From IMG/VR virus record IMGVR_UViG_2799112954_000004, positions 10,459 to 74,458 of that record: DNA of 64,000 nucleotides; one strand, written 5' to 3'. The position numbers were made by a program, and so were the translations under genes. Below are positions 39,210 to 47,838 of this stretch, piece after piece. The notes beneath the pieces were generated by a model. The model had not been told where the DNA came from and did not search any database. It worked only from the letters and a program-made list of their open reading frames with translations. The stretch's first letter is position 1. Every line of letters begins with the position of its first letter. The DNA is from a virus. Lineage: Duplodnaviria > Caudoviricetes.

Positions 39210-39974
39210 TTAACTTATCCGTATTGGGTTGAGGGTTAGGTTCTCGAGATTGAGGAAAGCTCCCTGCGTGTCAAGTACTCCGATGGTAAACATCTTCCAA
39301 AGCAAGGCGCATCCTACGTTTGCAAGCGTAGAGTTGATAAACAGATCCTGCTTGCTAAGAGCCTCGGCAAGTGAGCAACTGGGACCGCTTTCTCTCTCAT
39401 TAACCTTATCGAGGTCAAACACCTCATCAACGTCCTTCAATCGTGAAACGCATCCCTTTCCTCTATTCGGCTGCTTCACCTTGTTGCCAAACGAGCCAAG
39501 GACAACCTGCCCTCGGTCTGTCATGTTGCCGAAGTCCAGCCAGTAGTAAACTCTATCGGTATCGATGGAGAAAACACCGTACTCTTTGCCGGAGGCTATC
39601 TCTTTCCTCGATTTCAGCGTATCAACACAACTGACGATGATGTTGGAGGTGGTATTGTCTTTCTCGTACATCTTAGGTACACACTCCCAATCAGTGCCAA
39701 AGAACCTATTGAGCTTCGTTATCAGCACCTCGGCTTTGTTCAGCCCTATCTCAGTCTCAGAGAATAGCTGCCTACCGCAGTTGGCTTCTGTTATGATGTC
39801 TCCATCGTACGCCTTTACGAACAGTCCAGGATGCCCAAGTCTTTGCAGCGCATAGTTCATTCTGCCCAGTGAGGTGAGAACCTGTGAGCCGGTGCCTCCG
39901 CAGCCTACCAAATCTACCGTCAGCTGATGCTGTGGCGATAGAATGTAATTTGCAACATAATGCTTCTTCTTCAT
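39210..39974 (-). CDS. PRTRC system ThiF/E1-like protein
   Basis: LVGCGGTGS, DGDIITEANCGRQ, SCVDT, GPSCSLAEALSKQDLFIN. Confidence 0.9.
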   Translation of the reverse strand: MKKKHYVANYILSPQHQLTVDLVGCGGTGSQVLTSLGRMNYALQRLGHPGLFVKAYDGDIITEANCGRQLFSETEIGLNKAEVLITKLNRFFGTDWECVPKMYEKDNTTSNIIVSCVDTLKSRKEIASGKEYGVFSIDTDRVYYWLDFGNMTDRGQVVLGSFGNKVKQPNRGKGCVSRLKDVDEVFDLDKVNERESGPSCSLAEALSKQDLFINSTLANVGCALLWKMFTIGVLDTQGAFLNLENLTLNPIRIS

Positions 39975-40684
39975 TTCAACAAATCATTAAGTTTAAACTT
40001 TGCCTTGATCAACACGTCTGTGGGGAACTGCTTGCCAGTGGCGATACATTCCTTCGTCACGGTCGCAAGGTTGCCATTGATGGGGTTGCCGCCAAGCAGA
40101 TGGACGAACTCAGACTTCCAAAACATTTCCTCCCAATAAGCTATCCACTTATCGAAAGTTTGCTCACTCGGTTTCTTGACTCTCGCACTGCCTAAGCAAA
40201 CTCCATCCTCTCCAGTGTTGAAGAAAGGCGCACGATATAGAATCGACTTCGGCTTGTAGCCCTTGAAAGCATACACTTTCAGCTTGCTGCCATCAGAGGA
40301 ATACACCAAACCTGGGACCCACATTTCTCCATTCGGTATGTCAAGACCCTTTGTGAAATACATCATCCGCTTCTCCGGCTTGCGATACCAAACAATCTTA
40401 TACTTATCGACGTTGGAGCTCACATACAGCAAACATTCCGGCACTCTGCCATGGATAGACACAAACGAGGTATTGCCCTTGATGAACTTATCCACGGTCT
40501 TCATCAGACTCGCTATGGTGGAGAGTTTCAACGGCTTTCCTGCTCCCATGGCACCGTCCTTGATGGAGCGATGTTCTATATACGCCAAATCGCTCGTCTC
40601 CACGTCATGCACTTTACCCTGATAGAAAATCAGCGCATCGGTAGGGACAATCTCGGCGTTTAGCAATTCCTTAAAGTTTTCCAT
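39971..40684 (-). CDS. PRTRC system protein B (prokaryotic E2-like)
   Basis: LYRAPFFNTGEDGVCLGS, WEEMFWKSEFVH. Confidence 0.85.
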   Translation of the reverse strand: MENFKELLNAEIVPTDALIFYQGKVHDVETSDLAYIEHRSIKDGAMGAGKPLKLSTIASLMKTVDKFIKGNTSFVSIHGRVPECLLYVSSNVDKYKIVWYRKPEKRMMYFTKGLDIPNGEMWVPGLVYSSDGSKLKVYAFKGYKPKSILYRAPFFNTGEDGVCLGSARVKKPSEQTFDKWIAYWEEMFWKSEFVHLLGGNPINGNLATVTKECIATGKQFPTDVLIKAKFKLNDLLK

Positions 40685-41813
40685 TCTCTATGTCGCTAAC
40701 AAATTTCATAAATTCATCATTCCAATCCAAGAACCTCTTACCACGTTCCTTGCACTCGAACAACTGGTTAACGCTCTCCTTAGTGATACAGTCCTCTCTG
40801 ATCGGAACCGCATAATTCCAACCAGTTACTTCAATTCCCGACTCAACATCCGAGTTGATGATGCTCAGATATTCATCGGTCAGACCATCGTCTGGGCTGT
40901 AGAAGATTGCCGTTAACGTTGGGCTGTCTAAGGATAACTCGTCACGGTCAAATATACCATCATTACTCGGGTCGAAGCAAAACTCTTGGGTGTTGAGGTT
41001 GGCTACGTCTAATCCTCTTTCAAGACAAAGCATGAAGTTGGCCAGAAGACTGGACTCACAGCTATCTCTGAACTCTCTGATTTCGACTTTCAACTTATCG
41101 GGCGAGGTATAGGGTAGGCTTTTAATCTCCTCGAAAATCTCATAATACTCGTTGCCTTTCTGATAGCCGGCAAGCTGAGGGTCCAAGTCTTCCGTGTCCT
41201 CCATTTCCATACCTAACATTTCAAGATAGCCACTCTCGCTGTCTCCAACACCAAAGTTGATATTCATATCTTCGCTGATGGTTCTCATGAAACGCATAAA
41301 CAGCTCCCTTGCCTTGTCTTTCAGATAGGAGGCAGGGGAACAATAGAGGACGACCACGGTAAAATCGAAGCAGTCCATATTGGAATACACAACCAAATCC
41401 AAATTCTTGCAATCCTCGTCATAAGGATCTCGTCTCTGCACCACCAAACTGAGCTGCTTCTTGGATAGGACGCTCTCGAGCTTATTCAGCATGCCGTTGA
41501 TAGCCTCTCCGTTTGAGGCAATGGGAGACAGGCTGATTCTTTCGCTCTCTCCCAATTCCTCCAACAGCTTGTTGGCTCCAGCGAGCATTTCCTTATAGCT
41601 GTCACCGAGGTCCAGGTTAAAGGCGAGCTCCAGCTCCTTGTCTGAGATTCGCCTGCTTTCAAAATGGGCGTTCAGAAAAGCAAAGGGCTGGCCTTTGGCA
41701 CCAGCCTTTGCTCTGACGTGTCCTGCGAAACGTGGTACATGCTTCTCTCCTCGTTCTTTATAACCGAGTAGAGGGCTCTGTAAAACGCTTGCTGTTGCTT
41801 CTGCGACTCGCAT
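40671..41813 (-). CDS. PRTRC-associated protein (protein F position)
   Basis: 380 aa between proteins C and B; assigned by gene order only. Confidence 0.55.
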   Translation of the reverse strand: MRVAEATASVLQSPLLGYKERGEKHVPRFAGHVRAKAGAKGQPFAFLNAHFESRRISDKELELAFNLDLGDSYKEMLAGANKLLEELGESERISLSPIASNGEAINGMLNKLESVLSKKQLSLVVQRRDPYDEDCKNLDLVVYSNMDCFDFTVVVLYCSPASYLKDKARELFMRFMRTISEDMNINFGVGDSESGYLEMLGMEMEDTEDLDPQLAGYQKGNEYYEIFEEIKSLPYTSPDKLKVEIREFRDSCESSLLANFMLCLERGLDVANLNTQEFCFDPSNDGIFDRDELSLDSPTLTAIFYSPDDGLTDEYLSIINSDVESGIEVTGWNYAVPIREDCITKESVNQLFECKERGKRFLDWNDEFMKFVSDIENGKL

Positions 41814-41817
41814 TCTT

Positions 41818-42027
41818 TCATCCCTTCGTTCCTACAGTGGTCTTGAACTCGTAAACAGCCTTGCCGCCCTCAATCTTTGGTCCGTGGACGTTGCTTGTCG
41901 TCAACTCGGGGTAGGTTCCTGCGTAGAACGCCATAACTTCATCCGGCGTCATGTTCTTGTTAGGATCATCCAAGGTTCTGTTTCCATACTTGAACACTCT
42001 CTTTAGTCCAGTTATATTCAATGCCAT
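41818..42027 (-). CDS. PRTRC system protein C (ubiquitin-like)
   Basis: RVFKYGNRTLDDPN..MTPDEVMAFYAGTYPELTT...VGTKG C-terminus. Confidence 0.88.
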   Translation of the reverse strand: MALNITGLKRVFKYGNRTLDDPNKNMTPDEVMAFYAGTYPELTTSNVHGPKIEGGKAVYEFKTTVGTKG

Positions 42028-42029
42028 AC

Positions 42030-42632
42030 TTAATCCTCCGTTTCTTCATCTTCGGTTTCCTCACTATCTTCTGAAGGGTTCGGCTTAGAGGTGTCAGCCG
42101 TATCCTTGCCATCACTCAAATCCTCAACAGCTCCAAACATACTTCCGAAGCCGCTGGTCTGGTCGATTTCCTGCTCGACTTTCTTGATGACGCTCTTTTC
42201 AGCCATTGGAAGCGCTGCAGCCTTGACAAGGACTTTCTTCGCGTCCTTGAACTTGTGAGCCTCGTTATTCTTGCGAGCGAGGTCAACGAGCTTCTTGAAC
42301 TCGTCCTTCTGAGATTTCTCCTCGGCTTTCTTCTTCTTCTCCATGTCTGACTCAGCCTTGGCTTTCTCAACGCTCTCCTCGTACTCCTTAACATTGGAGA
42401 CGAACGAGCTCTCCTTCAGCACTGGCTTAAGCGCATCCTCGAAGTTAGCCTCGAAGTCATCCGGTGTGCCACTGAGGACCAACGGCTTGATGTTGTCCTT
42501 AACCCCTTTGTCCTTTAAGGAGGTGAGGTCTGTTACTAAACTCATGGTCAGCTCCTGACCGGTTCTGCAGATGGTGATGTTCACTTGCTCACCATCGTGC
42601 AGACTCTGAAACATTGTTTTGAAAAACTCCAT
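42030..42632 (-). CDS. PRTRC system protein E
   Basis: MEFFKTM...PLVLSGTPDDFEANF, acidic tail. Confidence 0.82.
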   Translation of the reverse strand: MEFFKTMFQSLHDGEQVNITICRTGQELTMSLVTDLTSLKDKGVKDNIKPLVLSGTPDDFEANFEDALKPVLKESSFVSNVKEYEESVEKAKAESDMEKKKKAEEKSQKDEFKKLVDLARKNNEAHKFKDAKKVLVKAAALPMAEKSVIKKVEQEIDQTSGFGSMFGAVEDLSDGKDTADTSKPNPSEDSEETEDEETED

Positions 42633-42638
42633 AATCGA

Positions 42639-43130
42639 TTATTTATGTTCAACTTGCTTGACTATATTCTCAACTGGTACCTGACAGAGGATCCATTCAC
42701 GTCCGTCTTTCAGATAGCTGATGTCGTATACCACGCAGTAGTCTGTGAATCGGACTTCCTTACTGAGCACCGTTCCCTCGCAGATTACCTTTCCGTTCTT
42801 GGCGACCTTAACCTTATCGCCCTTCTTGAACTCGCTCGTGAAGTAGCAGTAATCAACCAGCCAGGGCTTCTCACCGTACATATACCAATCAAGGCGTACG
42901 CAGCTATCGCTACCGTCGAGGCAGGAGCCGAACAATGAGCTTCCACCCATCTCCGCATTGAAATACTTCGCTCTACTGCTCACTGAGTAGCTTCTGGAAG
43001 TCTCCGAGTAGTGCACGTTGAAAGATTCCTCCTTGAATACTACCACGCCTTTAAGAGGCTCGTTGTCACCTGGGACCATGTTGTACTGCTCCATCTTCTG
43101 ACAGAACTCCGAAAAACTCATCTGTTTCAT
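42639..43130 (-). CDS. Hypothetical protein
   Basis: 163 aa; SRSYSVSSRAKYF...SLFGSCLDGSD; first gene behind class I promoter. Confidence 0.75.
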   Translation of the reverse strand: MKQMSFSEFCQKMEQYNMVPGDNEPLKGVVVFKEESFNVHYSETSRSYSVSSRAKYFNAEMGGSSLFGSCLDGSDSCVRLDWYMYGEKPWLVDYCYFTSEFKKGDKVKVAKNGKVICEGTVLSKEVRFTDYCVVYDISYLKDGREWILCQVPVENIVKQVEHK

Positions 43131-43146
43131 TGCTTTAATCTTTAAT

Positions 43147-43198
43147 ATGTTTCTTATTTACAAGTGTAAAGGTACTGAATTTCACTGAGTTACGCAAG
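43147..43198 (-). promoter_or_regulatory. Class I promoter/operator/leader unit (PRTRC operon)
   Basis: ACTGAATTTCACT at 43174-43186; leader 16/16 at 43147-43162. Confidence 0.75.
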
Positions 43199-43281
43199 CG
43201 TTCACTCAATTATTTTTCCTTCGCTCAAAGTTTTAACTTTATCTATAGACAGGGAGGGGAAACTCCCACTACAGCCGACCC

Positions 43282-43623
43282 TTAGAATGATTCAAGGAAC
43301 TTCTGCAGGTAAACGTCGCTCTTGATGTCCTGCAACTTGAGAGGCTTGAAAACGATGTCCCGCTCAACTGAGAGCCCCATACTGCTGCGTAGGGACTCGA
43401 GCTCTTGGAGGGTGAAGTAGCCTAACTCGCCATCACCATATCCATTGATCGCAACCCCGAAAAGCTCACCCGTCTCGAGGTTGGCTTCGGTAACGTACCA
43501 CGTCCAGGCACCTTCTGGAAGGAAAAACTTTACTGAGCATACAGCCGACTTCACGTCTCCGTTTTGTGAACGGAGAGGGTACTTTTGCAAGCGCTTCTTA
43601 ACTTCTGCTGTCATTAACTTCAT
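43282..43623 (-). CDS. DUF2958-like protein
   Basis: VKFFLPEGAWTWYVTE...LFG...ELGYFTLQELES...VERD. Confidence 0.85.
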   Translation of the reverse strand: MKLMTAEVKKRLQKYPLRSQNGDVKSAVCSVKFFLPEGAWTWYVTEANLETGELFGVAINGYGDGELGYFTLQELESLRSSMGLSVERDIVFKPLKLQDIKSDVYLQKFLESF

Positions 43624-43639
43624 AATTCTCTTGTTTTAT

Positions 43640-43691
43640 ATGTTTCTTATTTACAATAGTAAAGGTAGTGAATTTCACTGAATTACGCAAA
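43640..43691 (-). promoter_or_regulatory. Class I promoter/operator/leader unit
   Basis: Perfect AGTGAATTTCACT at 43667-43679; leader 16/16 at 43640-43655. Confidence 0.78.
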
Positions 43692-43788
43692 CGAAGCAAC
43701 AGGTTTTTCCTTGTTCTGGAAATATTTAACTTTTACACTGAAAAAGGACCGCGCGGCTATTCCACGCAGCCCTTTTCTTGATCGCCAG

Positions 43789-44382
43789 TTAATACTTCTT
43801 GCCTCCGTGATGGTAGGGGCGCAATTCGTTGTAGTGCATCTTCTGCTTAATGTGCCACTCCAAGTCAATTCCGTGGATTCTTGCGATGGAGTGCAGGCAC
43901 TGAAAGACAATCGCAATGTTATCCAACGGCTCACGCTTTTCTGACACGAGTTGCTTGACTGCAAGCATACTGATTTCTGTCAGCGTCTTACCATCGAGAG
44001 CTTCCTTGATTTCTTTGTCGGACTTCAGATTGCAATCAAATACTACCAACTTTACAACGAAATCATCCGCCGTGTATAGCTCTCCAGCCATATCCATTAT
44101 GCGGATACAGATGTCGCTTAGCTCATCCTCTACCGAATCCTTGATGCTTGCCTTGAAAGCATAGATGAAATCAGTATCATCAGCCCCAGGCTCCTTCATT
44201 CGTTTAATGAACCAATCTTTGTTAGCACGTTTGCCTTTTCGGTCTGCCTCAACCATTTCGCAGATCTCGGTAATAATCATCATCAGCCAATGGTCGGCAG
44301 ATAGTTTCTTCTCGTGCCATCCATGACGGACAGCATTTTCGTGAACTCGGTTAACGAGCTTCATAAATTCTTCTTTATCCAT
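43789..44382 (-). CDS. MazG-like nucleotide pyrophosphohydrolase
   Basis: HENAVRHGW, IITEICEMVEA, VEDELSDICIRIMD, KMHYNELRPYHHGGKKY. Confidence 0.8.
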   Translation of the reverse strand: MDKEEFMKLVNRVHENAVRHGWHEKKLSADHWLMMIITEICEMVEADRKGKRANKDWFIKRMKEPGADDTDFIYAFKASIKDSVEDELSDICIRIMDMAGELYTADDFVVKLVVFDCNLKSDKEIKEALDGKTLTEISMLAVKQLVSEKREPLDNIAIVFQCLHSIARIHGIDLEWHIKQKMHYNELRPYHHGGKKY

Positions 44383-44395
44383 TTTTCGTTTGCTC

Positions 44396-44677
44396 CTATA
44401 CCCAGTCGATATGGTTCTCAGTTATGAAATAGTGACTCTTGCACGGCAGGTTGTCACTTAAGATTGAGGGGCGTATTGTCACCTTACCGTCCTTGTCTAT
44501 GATATTCCACAGGTACTTATTGAAAGCGATGTGGATCTGATTGCCACAACCGCACGGGCAGAGGTATGTGGCGCAACTGAACTCTCTGCTGATGTACAGC
44601 TTGCCGTGTTCCAACTTCTCCTTGTAAGGTAACTCGCCTTTCACGAATACCGGCTCAAACTTTTGTAATTTATTCAT
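44396..44677 (-). CDS. Small metal-binding protein (DUF6527-like)
   Basis: YLCPCGCG...W...TIRPSI...CKSHYFI. Confidence 0.7.
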   Translation of the reverse strand: MNKLQKFEPVFVKGELPYKEKLEHGKLYISREFSCATYLCPCGCGNQIHIAFNKYLWNIIDKDGKVTIRPSILSDNLPCKSHYFITENHIDWV

Positions 44678-44969
44678 TGTTATTGTTTTTATGCTTTCTT
44701 CTTGTTTCGGCTCTATGCTGTGCGTCATACTTATTGTGACAACGCTGACAGAGAGCACGGAGGTTTTCTGGTCGGCAGTCTTCGGGCGTATGATTGAGGT
44801 GGGCTATTGTAAGCACAACCTTTATCATCTTTCCCTGGTCGTTCTTTACTATCGAATGGTTCAAACGCCCGCAGAACTCGCAACGGTTATTAGCACGCTT
44901 TAGGATGGCCTCACGTATCTGCTTCCAGTTCTTTGGATAGCGTGCCTTGTTTTCCGGTCTTATTGGCAT
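44670..44969 (-). CDS. HNH-like nuclease
   Basis: RCEFCG...LTIAHLNHTPEDCRPENLRALCQRCHNKYD. Confidence 0.85.
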   Translation of the reverse strand: MPIRPENKARYPKNWKQIREAILKRANNRCEFCGRLNHSIVKNDQGKMIKVVLTIAHLNHTPEDCRPENLRALCQRCHNKYDAQHRAETRRKHKNNNNE

Positions 44970-45100
44970 GGCTTATCTCCTTCCTCATCTTGAGTTTCGT
45001 CGAGATTGTCACGCGCATTGACGAGCATACAGACCGTCATTCCACCTAAGAAGACACCAACAAATACACCGAAAGCGAACGGAATGATAAAATCTACCAT
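44960..45100 (-). CDS. Small membrane protein (46 aa)
   Basis: MVDFIIPFAFGVFVGVFLGGMTVCMLV...; fills gap between neighbours. Confidence 0.5.
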   Translation of the reverse strand: MVDFIIPFAFGVFVGVFLGGMTVCMLVNARDNLDETQDEEGDKPCQ

Positions 45101-45960
45101 ACCTCACCTCCTTCCGGGAACTTAGGAATACGCTTCCAATACTCAACCTTGTAGTTCGGTTCCATCTTGTTGCGTCTGTGCTCAAAGCCATTCTCGTCAA
45201 CGAAGTCAGATGGCTTAGCTTGGTAGCCATTAGACGGATCATTGGCGAGCGACACCATTTTCTCAAGCCTCTCGTCAGTTAATCTTCGGCTTATGTAAAC
45301 GCCTTTATTCTTTCCGCCATTTCCATCATCATAAACGAAGCCAACAATTACGTTCTCTCCTTTCTTAGGCAGCTCCTTATCAACGCTCTTCCATTTGAGG
45401 ACTTCGATACCGCCCTCGCATTGGCCGAGCAGATAAAACAACCTTTCTCTCTCAGTGTTAAAGCTGGCCTTTGGCTGTCCGTTATCGCCTTGGCCCTGCA
45501 TTTCTTGCTCGCCCTTTGGCCTTATTGGAATCGGCATCCAGTAATCAACGCCATACACGTTCCCATCAAACTGACATGGGTAGGTTCGAAATCCATTCTC
45601 GTCTGTGTCGTAGTCTCCGACTTTGTTTGCAGCAATCGTGTCAACGTTGTAGCTCATCCCGTAGTGGCTAACCAACACGAGTTGGTCTTCCTTTGGCAGG
45701 CGCTCCTTAACGCTTATCCAACGGCTGTTGGAGTGGGCTTTAAGGTAATCTTCCTCGTGAGCATTATACACTTTCTCGTCAATCTTCCATAAGTCTGTTA
45801 TCTGACCCTGCAGATACTCAACACTGATGGAGTCGAGTTTGTTCTTTCTCGCATAGTCCAGCAGGTCGAGCAATTCCATTCTGGTTGCCATAACCATCGC
45901 CTGAGAGACAATCGTAGCAGACTCGGTGCCGGGCAGGAAAATCTTTTGTTCTTCGCTCAT
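45094..45960 (-). CDS. DUF551-like protein (two copies of the domain)
   Basis: WISVKERLP...VDYWMPIP and WKSVDKELP...VEYWKRIP. Confidence 0.75.
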   Translation of the reverse strand: MSEEQKIFLPGTESATIVSQAMVMATRMELLDLLDYARKNKLDSISVEYLQGQITDLWKIDEKVYNAHEEDYLKAHSNSRWISVKERLPKEDQLVLVSHYGMSYNVDTIAANKVGDYDTDENGFRTYPCQFDGNVYGVDYWMPIPIRPKGEQEMQGQGDNGQPKASFNTERERLFYLLGQCEGGIEVLKWKSVDKELPKKGENVIVGFVYDDGNGGKNKGVYISRRLTDERLEKMVSLANDPSNGYQAKPSDFVDENGFEHRRNKMEPNYKVEYWKRIPKFPEGGEVW

Positions 45961-46030
45961 AATGAAATCCCCGTATTGCCGATAGGTCAGCATTTAGAAT
46001 GGCTACCGTTTATAGCAGTAGCCTTTGAGT

Positions 46031-46153
46031 TTAACCTTCGCAGATGATAGCAAGCTGACCGCAAGCGGCACCATTCTCAATCTCTGCCTTTGTTGCAATG
46101 GCTACAGCATAGTCATAGCCCATCTTCTCGAGCATTTTCTTAATTGCTTCCAT
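46031..46153 (-). CDS. 40-aa peptide carrying the RlmN/Cfr C-terminal AACGQL motif (missed by ORF track)
   Basis: MEAIKKMLEKMGYDYAVAIATKAEIENGAACGQLAIICEG; own A/T-rich initiation region. Confidence 0.8.
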   Translation of the reverse strand: MEAIKKMLEKMGYDYAVAIATKAEIENGAACGQLAIICEG

Positions 46154-46212
46154 ACTAATTAATTTTTAATTGAACAATGTTTATAAAATGCAGAATAGTC
46201 TGCGTCTCTTTA

Positions 46213-46998
46213 CTATACTAAATTAACTCCTTCGACAACACCTTTACCGCATCCATTTTTTTCAGACACTTCGTTAGGGTTAATGGGAGACAGCTTCACG
46301 AAGAAATACTCCGGATCGAAATACTTTCTCAACTTATCGCCATCAAAATCGCTCTCGTCGATGAGCGTTAGGTTGATGGTGGTCTTTAGATTGCTCTTTG
46401 TGCGTATCTGCCCAAGTTCCTCAATACTCATCTTCTTTTTCAGTGGGATGAGCCAGTCTCTGTGCTTCTCGTCAAAGCTATGCAAGCTGATCTGCAGCGT
46501 CACATTACCTTCTACAAAAGAAAAGTCGCTACCCTTAATTCCTATGGTTGAAACGTAATGATGGGTGTTAGGGTATTTCTCGGAAATACGCTTAATCGCT
46601 TCTTTGACGGCCTCGATATTCAAGAACGGCTCTCCCATTCTTGTATAATTGATTTTGAACTCCTTAGCATCTAAGGGATTGCAGCCCGCATTATCGATAG
46701 CGAACTTAACTTGCTCTACAATCTCGTCGGCAGAAAGATTGCGCCAGTGCTGTTTCATGTTTCCAGTTGCGCAGAACTTGCAGTGTACCGGACATCCACT
46801 CATGGTTGAGACTCCTATCATCCATCGTTCTGAACGGTCTCCAAGGTTCTCATTATCCAATTTGTTCTGCTTTCTACCAATAGCGTCTTTCGTGTAGTAC
46901 GGCAAGAAGGTGTCGGTGGTCTCAATCAGCTTGCCGTCATCAAGCTCCAGCGCGTATACAACGCCATTCTTAAACTTTTTGAATCTTTTTACTTTCAT
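46213..46998 (-). CDS. RlmN/Cfr-like radical SAM enzyme lacking its C-terminal segment
   Basis: VSTMSGCPVHCKFCATG (CxxxCxxC), RMGEPFLN, LQISLHS, VKLSPINP. Confidence 0.88.
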   Translation of the reverse strand: MKVKRFKKFKNGVVYALELDDGKLIETTDTFLPYYTKDAIGRKQNKLDNENLGDRSERWMIGVSTMSGCPVHCKFCATGNMKQHWRNLSADEIVEQVKFAIDNAGCNPLDAKEFKINYTRMGEPFLNIEAVKEAIKRISEKYPNTHHYVSTIGIKGSDFSFVEGNVTLQISLHSFDEKHRDWLIPLKKKMSIEELGQIRTKSNLKTTINLTLIDESDFDGDKLRKYFDPEYFFVKLSPINPNEVSEKNGCGKGVVEGVNLV

Positions 46999-47010
46999 AA
47001 TCTTTATCTT

Positions 47011-47838
47011 TTAAAGTTGATAGTCAATGCCACATGCCATAGCAAACTGGTTGATATAGTCTCTCACCTGACCTATGACCAATTTGGCGTTAGGGTGAGG
47101 TCTGCCAGTCGTTCCGTAATAACGGAGGTTGATGATATGTTTCCAACGTCTTACACTGTAAGTGTAAACGACTTTTGTGGCTGTGTCGAGAGGGAGGACA
47201 CCACGTGCGTCCTCGGGCTTCACTCCAGCTGCAAGTAACTGAAGATAGATTCCCTCCGAACCTTGCATTGCAGCAAGATATAGCTCACGCTTCTCCGTCT
47301 CTATATCCTCGTCCCAATACCAAGGCTTGCATATTTCCAGTCCGTATTTAGAGGCGCAATAGCGAGTGGAGCGTTCTGCAATGTTGTTTGGGCTCACTCT
47401 GTTCAGCTCTCTGCTTGTACTGATCTGCGTAGTGATGCAGAAAGTCATTCGGTATATATCGAACAGGCTTGGGTCACTTTTACAGAAATTAAGTATCTCG
47501 GCCGGAGAGAATTTCTCTCGAACTTGCTTCTCAAAAGCAAACTGGCCATTGGTGGAGAAATAATAATCACTTTCATCTCCCCAAACAATCGAATCTACAA
47601 ACTCGCTGCGCATACAATCCGGCACTCTCTCACAAGTATAGCTGCCATAGATGGAACTATGCCTTAGCATGCTTACATGGCCACGCTTGATTAAACCGTC
47701 ATATAGCTTATCGTCTTCTTCTCCGGAGTGAAGTTTGCCTTCTCCTCCATAACAGACTCTTGCACATCTTGCAATGTGCTGTGATGGAGCAAGGTCTATC
47801 TCGCTCCAAAACTCAACTTTCGGATCAATCAGTTCCAT
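47011..47838 (-). CDS. thyX: FAD-dependent thymidylate synthase
   Basis: IARCARVCY, GHVSMLRH, SRELNR...AERSTRY, PEDARGVLP, HPNAK. Confidence 0.88.
   Translation of the reverse strand: MELIDPKVEFWSEIDLAPSQHIARCARVCYGGEGKLHSGEEDDKLYDGLIKRGHVSMLRHSSIYGSYTCERVPDCMRSEFVDSIVWGDESDYYFSTNGQFAFEKQVREKFSPAEILNFCKSDPSLFDIYRMTFCITTQISTSRELNRVSPNNIAERSTRYCASKYGLEICKPWYWDEDIETEKRELYLAAMQGSEGIYLQLLAAGVKPEDARGVLPLDTATKVVYTYSVRRWKHIINLRYYGTTGRPHPNAKLVIGQVRDYINQFAMACGIDYQL

Noticed and set aside
46154-46215. T4 gene 60-like translational bypass joining the radical SAM halves (stop after GTA, GCAGA/TCTGC hairpin, similar TTAATT(T)AGTAT at both ends)
   Set aside because: The matching GTA landing codon is out of frame with the peptide, and the peptide has its own initiation region; not excluded without ribosome profiling
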